A program made the position numbers and the translations under genes. From an uncultured Acidobacteriaceae bacterium (GTDB lineage: Bacteria; Acidobacteriota; Terriglobia; Terriglobales; Acidobacteriaceae), in the NCBI GenBank assembly GCA_963846085.1, contig CAWJUN010000001.1:1274722-1338721 (forward strand): a stretch of 64,000 nucleotides of DNA, read 5' to 3'. Each line of letters starts with the position of its first letter. Position 1 is the stretch's first letter. Positions 40,721-49,846 of the stretch are shown in pieces. The notes beneath the pieces are model-generated. The model saw only the letters and a list, made by a program, of their open reading frames with translations, ran no database searches and was not told the origin of the DNA.

Positions 40721-41776
40721 ATGTTCGTCGGCATGAAATCGTTGCTCAACAAGACGATCGGAAAGACGACCGGCAAGCCCACAGTTCTTGCAGCATTTGC
40801 CGCCGTATTGATCTGCTCATGCTTAGCCCAGTTTTGTCGGGCCCAATCTCCCGAAGTGCAGGTGCCCGCCCCCAGCCAGGCGCGACGGCTCATCCTCAGA
40901 GATGGCACGTATCAATCGGTAACCAAGTACGAAGTCCACGGCGACCGGGTACGTTACTTCAGCGCTGAGCGGGGCGAGTGGGAGGAAGTTCCGAACTCAC
41001 TAATCGACTGGGAGGCTACGGACAAATTCGAGCAAGGGCGGCAAGGGGGTAGGCTCGCGCCCGAAGCGGCCGCGCTCGACAAGGAAATCGACTCCGAACG
41101 AAAAGCCGAACTGGCTCGATCGCCCGAGGTCGCGCCGGGTTTGCGGCTGCCCGACGAAACTGGCATTTTTCTGCTCGAAACTTACGACAATCAGCCTCAG
41201 CTAGCAGAACTGCAGCAGTCCGGCGCCGATATTGACCAGAATACAAAAACAAACATTCTGCGGTCGGCAATCAATCCGGTCGCGGGCTCGAAACAAACCA
41301 TCGAACTCCCGGGCCCGCACGCCAAGGTTCAGTCACACAGTGCGACGCCCTCGTTGTACGTCAATATTGACTCCAATGACGGCGCGCCCGGTGTTGTACA
41401 GGTCCCAGGCGATCCTCCTCCGCTGCCGCCCACGGAGCGCTACAGGATCATCCGCATCGAGGTTAAGAACGGCAAACGGGTGGCTGGAGCCCTCAAGATC
41501 GCGGTAACAGGGAAGATGAAAACCGACGAGCATTTCGTCCCCGCGACGGAGACCGCGATGACCGGCGGCTGGATCAAACTCACTCCCACCGAACCGCTGG
41601 CCACGGGAGAGTACGCGCTCACCGAACTGCTCGGCAAAGAAGGGATGAACCTCTATGTGTGGGATTTCGGCATGAATCCTTCCGCGCCCGCCAATGCCCC
41701 GACCTGGAAGCCCGAGCTACCGACCCCGCCCAAATCCGATCAGCCCGCGGAACTGCAAAAGCGAGAAAAACAGTAA
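40721..41776 (+). CDS. Hypothetical secreted protein
   Basis: ORF 40640-41776. ATG at 40721 (or 40733) precedes a signal-like segment VLAAFAAVLICSCLAQFCRAQ. No family recognised. Confidence 0.6.
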   Translation: MFVGMKSLLNKTIGKTTGKPTVLAAFAAVLICSCLAQFCRAQSPEVQVPAPSQARRLILRDGTYQSVTKYEVHGDRVRYFSAERGEWEEVPNSLIDWEATDKFEQGRQGGRLAPEAAALDKEIDSERKAELARSPEVAPGLRLPDETGIFLLETYDNQPQLAELQQSGADIDQNTKTNILRSAINPVAGSKQTIELPGPHAKVQSHSATPSLYVNIDSNDGAPGVVQVPGDPPPLPPTERYRIIRIEVKNGKRVAGALKIAVTGKMKTDEHFVPATETAMTGGWIKLTPTEPLATGEYALTELLGKEGMNLYVWDFGMNPSAPANAPTWKPELPTPPKSDQPAELQKREKQ

Positions 41777-41881
41777 CGGGCACAGGGCTACCGCGCTGTG
41801 GTCGGTTTTTCCCAGACGAATCAAGTTCGCATCAGGCGCCGTAGACCAGTTAAAATAGCGATTACCGTGGGGTGAAACAAG

Positions 41882-42928
41882 ATGTCCCTGACTAAACAGC
41901 AGGCACTGGAGATGTTTCGGTCCGACGATCTGATCGGAATTGGCATGGAAGCGGACGCCGTCCGCCGGAAACTCCATCCCGAAGGTACCGTCACCTATAT
42001 CATCGACCGCAATATTAATTACACGAACTTCTGCACGGAATATTGCACCTTCTGCGCCTTCTACCGTCCCTTGAAAGGGCCGGCTTCGAAGGAAGGCTAC
42101 ATTCTCGACTTCGACACCATCTACGAAAAAATTCAAGAGACGGTCGAACTCGGTGGCACCGGCGTGCTAATGCAGGGCGGGCTGCATCCTGATCTCAAGA
42201 TTGGCTGGCACGAAAAGATGCTCAGCGGCATCAAGCAGCGCTTCCCGCAAGTTCACCTGCACTGCTACTCCGCCTCCGAAATTCTGGCGATTGCTGAATA
42301 TAGCAATCTGAATCTCCGCGACACGATCGCGCGTCTGCGGGACGCCGGCCTCGATTCCATCCCCGGCGGAGGCGCTGAAATTCTTGACGATGAAGTTCGC
42401 TACAAGATCGCGCGCCTGAAATGCCTGACCGCCGATTGGCTTGAGGTTCATCGCACTGCCCACCAGCTTGGTATGCGCACCACCGCGACAATGATGTTCG
42501 GCGTCGGCGAATCAATCGAACACCGCATCAATCATTTCCAGGCTCTATACGACTTGCAGCAGGAAACAGGAGGGTTCACCGCGTTCATCCCCTGGAGTTT
42601 TCAACCCGCGCACACAGCGCTCGGAGGACGGCGCTGGGACGAAGCCACCGCAGTGGAGTATTTGAAAGTCCTGTCCATTTCGCGGCTCTATCTTTCTAAT
42701 TTTCTGAACGTGCAATCCAGTTGGGTGACGCAGGGATTGAAGGTCTGTCAGATGGGCTTGCGGTTCGGAGGCAACGACGTGGGTTCGGTGATGCTGGAAG
42801 AAAATGTTGTGCGCGCGGCCGGCGTGACCAACTGCACGACCGAAGAAGAACTACGGCGCATCATACGCGACGCGGGCTTCCGTCCGGCACAGCGGGATAC
42901 TTTGTACCGGAAATATTTTCTGAACTAA
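41882..42928 (+). CDS. mqnC: Radical SAM menaquinone (futalosine pathway) enzyme, MqnC/MqnE family, probably cyclic dehypoxanthinyl futalosine synthase
   Basis: 348 aa. IIDRNINYTNFCTEYCTFCAFYR (CX3CX2C cluster). The length and the N-terminal context L..LG..A...R...HP...VTY fit MqnC as I recall it. Confidence 0.75.
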   Translation: MSLTKQQALEMFRSDDLIGIGMEADAVRRKLHPEGTVTYIIDRNINYTNFCTEYCTFCAFYRPLKGPASKEGYILDFDTIYEKIQETVELGGTGVLMQGGLHPDLKIGWHEKMLSGIKQRFPQVHLHCYSASEILAIAEYSNLNLRDTIARLRDAGLDSIPGGGAEILDDEVRYKIARLKCLTADWLEVHRTAHQLGMRTTATMMFGVGESIEHRINHFQALYDLQQETGGFTAFIPWSFQPAHTALGGRRWDEATAVEYLKVLSISRLYLSNFLNVQSSWVTQGLKVCQMGLRFGGNDVGSVMLEENVVRAAGVTNCTTEEELRRIIRDAGFRPAQRDTLYRKYFLN

Positions 42929-43062
42929 AACGGACGCCCAGGAGCGATCGTCCGAGCTTCATCAGCGCATCAAAACGGAGTGAGCCCTTGCGCCGGGCCG
43001 TGCAAGAGACCGAGGCAAACTGGACTCGCTTTAAACGATCGCGCGAGCTCGCAGAAACCTCT

Positions 43063-44766
43063 ATGACGCGTTCATACGTCCCAATCCTCGCGCTCACCAT
43101 GCTGCTCATAAGCATTGTTCTTCCGGCGCGCGGGCAAAGTTCTTCAACGAGCAGCGCCTCCATCGCCGGAGCCGTAATCAAAGAACCAGGCAGCGAACCC
43201 CTCAAAAAAGTACTAATCCAATGCGTCGCCGAAGATCAAAACGTTGGCGGCAACTACACGACTTCGACTGACGCCAACGGGCACTTCAACATTGAGAATA
43301 TCGTCCCAGGACGATACCGCATATTCTTCGAGCGTGCCGGCTACGTCGAGGTGAATGATCGTGGCCTGAAGGCCGATGTCAATGTCCTGACCATTCTGGC
43401 GGGTCAGTCAATCCAAGACCTGCTCTTCCGAATGCTGCCTACGGCGGTCGTCAGCGGACGTGTTTTGGACGAAGACGGCGATCCGCTGTCCGAAGTTCGT
43501 GTGGTTGCGCAGAGGAAGAAACCTGGGAAAGTAGCGTGGGAAGGCACCGCGTCCTCGGGAACAAACGATCTGGGTGAGTATCGTCTGTCAGGTCTGTTTC
43601 CAGGCCAATATCGGATCGTTGCCATCCCGGCTCCGGATTTCCGCGATTATGAATCGCAACACGCAAAGGCTGGGCCCGGCATGAGTGGTAACGATGCCAA
43701 TGACGACGGTCCGACCGCCTCACAACCGGAAACTCGCTACCCCACAACCTATTATCCCGGCACCTATGACGCCATGCAGGCGTCGACTGTGGCGCTAAAA
43801 GCTGGCGATGAAATGCCGATCAGCCTGACACTCGTGCCGGCGCGCACGTATCGAGTCCGCGGCATCGTTACTGGCATCCCCGCGGGACTGAGGGCAAATG
43901 TTGAACTCATCTCCAAGGCGGGCGATTCAATACGAGGCTCCGACGTGGGAGCGGATGGCCAATTCGAGATACGCGGAGTTGGGCCGGGATCCTACGTACT
44001 CAGAGCTACATCCGGCACCGAGGCGCAATCCTCGACGGCGCGTCAGGACATAAATGTTGTTGCCGCTGACATCGACGGCATAAAGATGACGCCCCAGCCT
44101 TCTTTTACTCTCTCCGGGCATCTTCGCTTCGAGGGTTCCGCCGGAGACTTGACGCGGTACTCGGCCAACCTGCGTCAGTCGGAATTACCGGAAGATCCGG
44201 GCTTCTTCATGTCGCCGGACTTTTTTGAGGCTAACGCGCCTATTGATCGGCAGGGCAACTTTGCTTGGAAGAACGTGAATCCCGGCAACTACATCGTTCA
44301 ACTTTTCGGGGGAAACGCGCAGAATAACTTCTTTCTCAAATCGGTGAAACTCGGCGGACGAGATCTCTCCGCGGGATTCACCGCGAGCGGTCCTGCAACG
44401 CTGGACCTGGTCGTGAGCGCCAAGGGCGCGTCGCTAGAAGGCACGGTCATCGAAAAGGAGAAAGATGTCGACAACAATCACCTCGTCGCGAACGCTACCG
44501 TCGTGGCCGTGCCGGAAGAGCAATACCGGAAGATACCCAGTCGCTTCGGATCGGGGTCGACCGATCAGCACGGAGCCTTCGCGATCCGAGGTTTGTCGCC
44601 CGGAAGTTACCTTCTCTATGCGTGGCAAGACGTCGAGGAGGGTGAATGGCGCGATCCCGATTTTCTGAAATCGCAGGAAGCGAACGGAACAGCAGTAAAA
44701 GTCGACGAAGGTTCAGATCAGAAGTTGGAGCTCAAGCTCAGTCCCACTGGCGACGATTGGCGATGA
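43063..44766 (+). CDS. Secreted protein with repeated carboxypeptidase-regulatory-like (CarboxypepD_reg) domains
   Basis: ORF 42721-44766. ATG at 43063 gives the signal peptide MTRSYVPILALTMLLISIVLPARGQ. Repeated G.V.D..G.P......V......G.Y.I..L.PG.Y modules. Confidence 0.7.
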   Translation: MTRSYVPILALTMLLISIVLPARGQSSSTSSASIAGAVIKEPGSEPLKKVLIQCVAEDQNVGGNYTTSTDANGHFNIENIVPGRYRIFFERAGYVEVNDRGLKADVNVLTILAGQSIQDLLFRMLPTAVVSGRVLDEDGDPLSEVRVVAQRKKPGKVAWEGTASSGTNDLGEYRLSGLFPGQYRIVAIPAPDFRDYESQHAKAGPGMSGNDANDDGPTASQPETRYPTTYYPGTYDAMQASTVALKAGDEMPISLTLVPARTYRVRGIVTGIPAGLRANVELISKAGDSIRGSDVGADGQFEIRGVGPGSYVLRATSGTEAQSSTARQDINVVAADIDGIKMTPQPSFTLSGHLRFEGSAGDLTRYSANLRQSELPEDPGFFMSPDFFEANAPIDRQGNFAWKNVNPGNYIVQLFGGNAQNNFFLKSVKLGGRDLSAGFTASGPATLDLVVSAKGASLEGTVIEKEKDVDNNHLVANATVVAVPEEQYRKIPSRFGSGSTDQHGAFAIRGLSPGSYLLYAWQDVEEGEWRDPDFLKSQEANGTAVKVDEGSDQKLELKLSPTGDDWR

Positions 44767-44862
44767 GCCCTTCAGGTAGCGAACGTCGCTGAAACCCTGC
44801 GTCCCGCTCAGGTACAATGTCTGGGCTGCTGCGATTTTTTTTCGGATGGCCTCACTGAGTTC

Positions 44863-46500
44863 ATGTATTTGACCCTCACGTCTTCCCGGTTGGCGGTATC
44901 CCTGATCCTCGCCACCAAGGGTTGGGGGGCCTACCTCCGGCAACATTTTCTCGACAAGACATTTCAAGGCCTTTACCAGGTTAACGCCTTCGACCTTGCG
45001 CTCCTGATTCCCTACTTCATCGTTCTGGTCATTTTGGCGGGATACGGCGCGCATCGCTACTGGATGGTCTATCTTTATTACAAGCACAAAGATCGCAAGA
45101 CTACAGAGCCTCCGGCGTTGTTCAGCGATGCCGATCTGCCTCGCGTGACCGTGCAGTTGCCGATCTTTAACGAGCAATACGTCGTCGATCGACTGCTCGA
45201 CTCCGTTTGCCGGCTGAACTACCCAAAAGACAAGCTCGACATTCAATTGCTCGACGATTCGACCGACGAAACCATCGAGGTCGCGCGTCTGCTAGTAGAC
45301 CGCTATGCCGCCTTGGGACATCCCGTCTCATACCTTCACAGAAATAATCGCGAAGGTTACAAGGCGGGTGCGTTGGCAGAAGGTTTGAAAACTGCAAAAG
45401 GCGAGTTCGTTGCCATCTTTGACGCTGACTTTGTTCCGCCCCCCGATTTCTTGATGAAGTGCATCCATCACTTCACCGATCCGAAAATCGGTATGGTGCA
45501 GACTCGTTGGACGCACATCAATCGGCACTATTCGTTTCTGACCGAGGTCGAAGCCATTCTGCTCGATGGTCACTTCGTGCTCGAACACTCGGGGCGCTCC
45601 CGCAGCGGCGCGTTCTTTAACTTCAACGGCACCGCCGGAATGTGGCGACGACGGGCCATCGACGAAGCCGGAGGTTGGGAACATGACACGCTCACCGAAG
45701 ATACCGACCTCTCCTATCGCGCCCAGCTCAAAGGCTGGAAATTTATCTATCTGCAGGATGTCGAATGCCCTGCCGAACTGCCGGTAGAAATGACGGCATT
45801 CAAGACACAGCAGGCGCGCTGGGCCAAGGGTCTGATCCAGGTTTCCAAGAAGATACTTCCCCGCGTCCTAAAAAGTGACGTCCCGCGATCCATAAAGATC
45901 GAAGCGTGGTACCACCTGACCGCAAATCTCAGCTACCCCTTGATGATCGTGCTCTCCGTGTTGCTGATGCCCGCCATGATCATCCGCTTTTATCAGGGGT
46001 GGTTCCAGATGCTCTACATCGATCTGCCTCTGTTCATGGCGTCGACATTTTCGATTTCGAGCTTCTACCTGGTTTCACAAAAAGAATTATTTCCAAAAAG
46101 CTGGCCCCGAGCTTTGCTTTATTTGCCGCTTTTGATGTCTCTCGGAATCGGACTCACGATCACGAATACGATTGCTGTTCTAGAGGCGTTGGTCGGGAAG
46201 CAAACGGCTTTCGCTCGCACGCCTAAGTATCGTGTCGAATCGAAGAAAGACAAAGTTTTGGGCGCCAAGTACCGCAAGCGCCTGGGATGGGTTCCCTGGA
46301 TTGAACTGCTGATCGGAACGTATTTTGCGCTCGCAATCTTCTACGCCATCGACAACGAAAACTACTTCACGATTCCCTTCTTGCTGCTTTTTGTCGTGGG
46401 TTATTGGTGCACCGGGCTGATGTCGCTGCTGCAAGGCCGTTTCGCCGGACTCTCCGTCGGGTCGGAAACCCACAATAAGCCGTTTCCCGTCGGTGTGTAG
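44863..46500 (+). CDS. Processive family-2 glycosyltransferase (cellulose-synthase-like / CslA-like membrane synthase)
   Basis: 545 aa. N-terminal TMs, then the catalytic motifs DDSTD, FDADF (DxD), TEDTDLS (TED) and QQARWAKG (QxxRW), then 4-5 C-terminal TMs. No PilZ domain. Confidence 0.85.
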   Translation: MYLTLTSSRLAVSLILATKGWGAYLRQHFLDKTFQGLYQVNAFDLALLIPYFIVLVILAGYGAHRYWMVYLYYKHKDRKTTEPPALFSDADLPRVTVQLPIFNEQYVVDRLLDSVCRLNYPKDKLDIQLLDDSTDETIEVARLLVDRYAALGHPVSYLHRNNREGYKAGALAEGLKTAKGEFVAIFDADFVPPPDFLMKCIHHFTDPKIGMVQTRWTHINRHYSFLTEVEAILLDGHFVLEHSGRSRSGAFFNFNGTAGMWRRRAIDEAGGWEHDTLTEDTDLSYRAQLKGWKFIYLQDVECPAELPVEMTAFKTQQARWAKGLIQVSKKILPRVLKSDVPRSIKIEAWYHLTANLSYPLMIVLSVLLMPAMIIRFYQGWFQMLYIDLPLFMASTFSISSFYLVSQKELFPKSWPRALLYLPLLMSLGIGLTITNTIAVLEALVGKQTAFARTPKYRVESKKDKVLGAKYRKRLGWVPWIELLIGTYFALAIFYAIDNENYFTIPFLLLFVVGYWCTGLMSLLQGRFAGLSVGSETHNKPFPVGV

Positions 46501-46579
46501 CGATTTCGGAAGGTCGAGCACTCGAGCGATTGGCGCTTGACTCAATGATTCAATCGTTCAATGCCTCAATATCCCCAGG

Positions 46580-48097
46580 TCAACGGTTCGGAAGTTTGAA
46601 ATCCACCTTGACCTTGATTTCATTCTTCACCGCTTTTCCATCCAACCGATAAGGCTGATAGCGCCAGTGCTTCACAGCGTCCAATGCGGATTGAGCGAGC
46701 GCGGCCGGCCCTTCGACCAGCTTCAACTCACCAACTGTTCCGTCCTCCATCACCATGGCGGAAAGGATGACGGTCCCCTCCAACCGCAAGACGCGAGCTT
46801 GTTCGGGATATACAGGCGGGATCCGCCGCACCAGTTGGCCACCAGAAACACCCTGCGATACGGGCAAGTTGAGACTCGGCAACGAGGCTTTTGCGACCAG
46901 CACTCCGTTAAGATCGGCAGCGCTCGTCGAGGCTGTCGGGATGGACGGCGGTTCAGACACCGATTCGGCGGATGCCCGTTCGCCAGCCCGCCGCACCGCA
47001 GGCACTCCCTGTAGGATCGCTACTTTGTCGGCCAGAGCGGAGAGCAATGGCACCTTGCCAGCCGCCGTTTTCTTAGTCGGAACGGCGCCCGGAATCGGGT
47101 CAACCTTCGCCGCGAACTTCACGGGAGATCCGGCGGACGGCTTGCCTGTAACGGGAACTAATATCTCGCCTCCAGGATTTGGCTTCCAAATGGGGTCGTT
47201 GTCAGGAAGGTGGGCGGTGAAAGACTCGGCGGTAGCGGCATTCGGAGCTTCGCCCTTGGCCCCCGAGGCTTGATTGGCGGTCGACGTCGGAGCCGCTGCG
47301 TGCGCTTTCCCACCCATATCGCCCGGACCACGCCAGCCTAGCCAAACGACCAACGCAAGCAATGCGATCGCACCCACGGCAATGCCGCCCAGAACAAATG
47401 GCCGCGATCGATTGTCGACGAACGCGAGGGCCACGTCGCCGACTCGATCGGAGGCCGGAAGTAGCCCCGCGGATTGCGCCTTCTCACTCCCAGACGCCGC
47501 CTTGGGCACAGCAGCCGACGCACCGTGCGGTTGCGAAGCACGGGCGCGTTCCGCAAGCGCCGCAAGCTGTTGCAGAAGATCAATATGCTTCTCAGTAAAA
47601 GCCGCGGTTTGCGTGGAAAAAACCTCGACAATACCGTTGATCCCACGCCATCCCAAAATCGGCAGCACTACAATCGACCGCAATCCAAGGCTGCGGCACA
47701 CTTCAAGATCAACCAGCGGGTCGTTTTCCGTATCCGAGCAATTCTGCACCTTCCCGGTGCGCAAACACTCTCCCGAAATTCCCGTCTCGGCGCTCAATTG
47801 CGCACCGAGCGGAGGCGCGGTATCGCCACTGCGTGCTCGACAAACCATGGCACCTTCTTTCCACATGGCGAGCGCCGATCCGGAAGCACCTGTCAATTGC
47901 CGGGCATTATCAATAATGGTTTTCAGAATCGTTTCCAGACGTTGGTCGCCAGCAGCGACCAATTCTTTCAGAGACGCGAGAACCGCGCTCTCACTGGGAC
48001 GGCCGGACCCCGTCGAGCTACCATCGGCTGAGGTGTCGCGATCAGGATCGCCGAGTATTCTCCCAGAGCGTAACGACTTGAATGGAGGAACGACCAA
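46580..48097 (-). CDS. GAF domain - single TM - TonB C-terminal domain fusion protein
   Basis: 505 aa. N-terminal GAF-like region (GASGSALAMWKEG...GISGECLRTGK...LGLRSIVVLPILG..GINGIVEVFS). TM FVLGGIAVGAIALLALVVWLGW. C-terminal TonB_C (PPVYPEQARVLRLEGTVILSAMVMEDGTV...AVKHWRYQPY). Confidence 0.75.
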   Translation of the reverse strand: MVVPPFKSLRSGRILGDPDRDTSADGSSTGSGRPSESAVLASLKELVAAGDQRLETILKTIIDNARQLTGASGSALAMWKEGAMVCRARSGDTAPPLGAQLSAETGISGECLRTGKVQNCSDTENDPLVDLEVCRSLGLRSIVVLPILGWRGINGIVEVFSTQTAAFTEKHIDLLQQLAALAERARASQPHGASAAVPKAASGSEKAQSAGLLPASDRVGDVALAFVDNRSRPFVLGGIAVGAIALLALVVWLGWRGPGDMGGKAHAAAPTSTANQASGAKGEAPNAATAESFTAHLPDNDPIWKPNPGGEILVPVTGKPSAGSPVKFAAKVDPIPGAVPTKKTAAGKVPLLSALADKVAILQGVPAVRRAGERASAESVSEPPSIPTASTSAADLNGVLVAKASLPSLNLPVSQGVSGGQLVRRIPPVYPEQARVLRLEGTVILSAMVMEDGTVGELKLVEGPAALAQSALDAVKHWRYQPYRLDGKAVKNEIKVKVDFKLPNR

Positions 48098-48340
48098 AGT
48101 TTTCTCGTTTGCTTAAATCTGTCGGTAAATTGCCGGACAATCGTTTGAAACGCAAGCTGCGCGGGCGATTTCGCCGAAGTATGAGCTAACTATCCGTCCC
48201 TGTCAAGACAGCTTATCTGGCCAACTGGCGCTTCCGCGAATGGGAAGTCTAACTGCCAAAACGACCGGTTCTCTCGAAAATCCAATCATTTATGCGCCCC
48301 GCGCCTCCTTCCGCTGGCACCAAACTAACCAATAATCGGC

Positions 48341-49645
48341 TTGTCGGGGCGATGCTACGCTGGGTACGCTCTGGTTTCTCGCACGCCCTCCGCAAGAGGA
48401 TTGCAGGGAACCAACCTTAAGAGACTCTTACGAACAGTCGAAGCGTTGGCGGACTTGGGGCCCGAACTTACTGCGGACCGCGACTTCCGCCAAACCGCTC
48501 GCGCCATGCTGTCCGCTGTCATGGAAGCAGCTGGCGCTCGGGAGGCTGTGCTTTTTTCCTTCAGTGAGCGCCCCTCCTTACTCACCTCGGTTGATTCGCA
48601 GGGTTTCGCCCTGTTACCCGACCCGTCGCTGATCCCTCTCCATCCCCGTCACGTACACACTTTGACCGCCGCGACCGGGCCCGTCCTCCTCAATAGCTCG
48701 ACCTACGACGTCTTCCTCAGTTCGAACGGCAACGTTGCACCCGAGCTGTTCAAATGTGTCTGCGCCCTCCGTGTTAGAGGAAAACTTGCCGGAGTGATTG
48801 CCTTGGGGCGACGCGAGGGGGACGCGCTGTACGAAGAAGACGCTCTCGACGCCTTCGAAATGCTCAGCCATTTCGTCGCGCTGGCCATTCAGAATTACAC
48901 TCTTGGACAAACGCTGGCTCAGCGTGTATCCGAAAACCTGCGCTTGCTAGCCTCACTGCACGGTTTTTACGACAATGCCTTGGAAGCCTTCGCCGCCGCG
49001 ATCGACGTCAAACACGTCAACATCCATGGGCACTCGCTGCGAGTAGGCCGCTATTCTCACGCGATCGGCGAGGCTCTGGGCATGGATCCGAACGATGTAG
49101 CCTCACTGCGATCGGCAGGATATCTCCACGACATCGGCAAGGTTGCTGTCGACAAGAGGTTGTTCGAAAAGCCATCGAAACTCGACGCACAGGAATCGCG
49201 AGAGATGCGGGACCACACCGTCGTTGGCCATCAGATCGTCAGCCAAGTGCAATTTCCCTGGCCGCAAATCCCTGAAATTGTGCGCTGGCATCATGAGCGC
49301 GGCGACGGATCCGGCTATCCCGACGGTTTAAGGACCGACGAGACGTCGCAGGCAGTGCGTATTGTCGCGCTGGCCGACACTTTCGACGCCATGACGAGCG
49401 AGCGTCCCTATCGCCAGCGCCTCACCATTGGCGCCGCACTTCAGGAACTAATCCGGATGACCCCACAAAAGTATGACCCCCACGCTTTGCAGGCCCTCCT
49501 GATCCAGGTGCGGCGAGATGCCGTGGGCACAAACCACCTCCCCATTTTTGACGCAGAAATCATGAACCTCTCCGCAGTGGATGTCGACCAACTCGCGGCC
49601 ACCCTGCAACACAGGGTCAGTAAAGATAGAATTTTCCTCACCTGA
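48341..49645 (+). CDS. GAF-like sensor / HD-GYP domain protein (putative c-di-GMP phosphodiesterase)
   Basis: HD-GYP signatures HSLRVGRYS, GYLHDIGKVAV, HHERGDGSGYPDGL. N-terminal GAF-like region. The start (TTG at 48341) is uncertain. Confidence 0.82.
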   Translation: MSGRCYAGYALVSRTPSARGLQGTNLKRLLRTVEALADLGPELTADRDFRQTARAMLSAVMEAAGAREAVLFSFSERPSLLTSVDSQGFALLPDPSLIPLHPRHVHTLTAATGPVLLNSSTYDVFLSSNGNVAPELFKCVCALRVRGKLAGVIALGRREGDALYEEDALDAFEMLSHFVALAIQNYTLGQTLAQRVSENLRLLASLHGFYDNALEAFAAAIDVKHVNIHGHSLRVGRYSHAIGEALGMDPNDVASLRSAGYLHDIGKVAVDKRLFEKPSKLDAQESREMRDHTVVGHQIVSQVQFPWPQIPEIVRWHHERGDGSGYPDGLRTDETSQAVRIVALADTFDAMTSERPYRQRLTIGAALQELIRMTPQKYDPHALQALLIQVRRDAVGTNHLPIFDAEIMNLSAVDVDQLAATLQHRVSKDRIFLT

Positions 49646-49846
49646 GAATGCAGTTGCAACGCGCGGTAGGGCTTGCAGCTCCACGTAAGCGTTTGAGTCC
49701 CGATACAAAATCTGGTCAGCTTGTCCGTCCCGCAATTCCTCATGACGATGTAAACTTGGAATCTATACTCTTGTATCCATTTGCGGCCGGCTTCATCTAA
49801 ACGGGGTAAATAACGCGGCGCAAGCCGATCGCCTAGGAGAGCATTA

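Noticed and set aside
49742-49769. ATGACG-N16-TATACT sigma-70-like promoter upstream of tkt
   Set aside because: The spacing is plausible, but the -35 match is poor and promoter consensus for this lineage is not established. I have not reported it as a feature.
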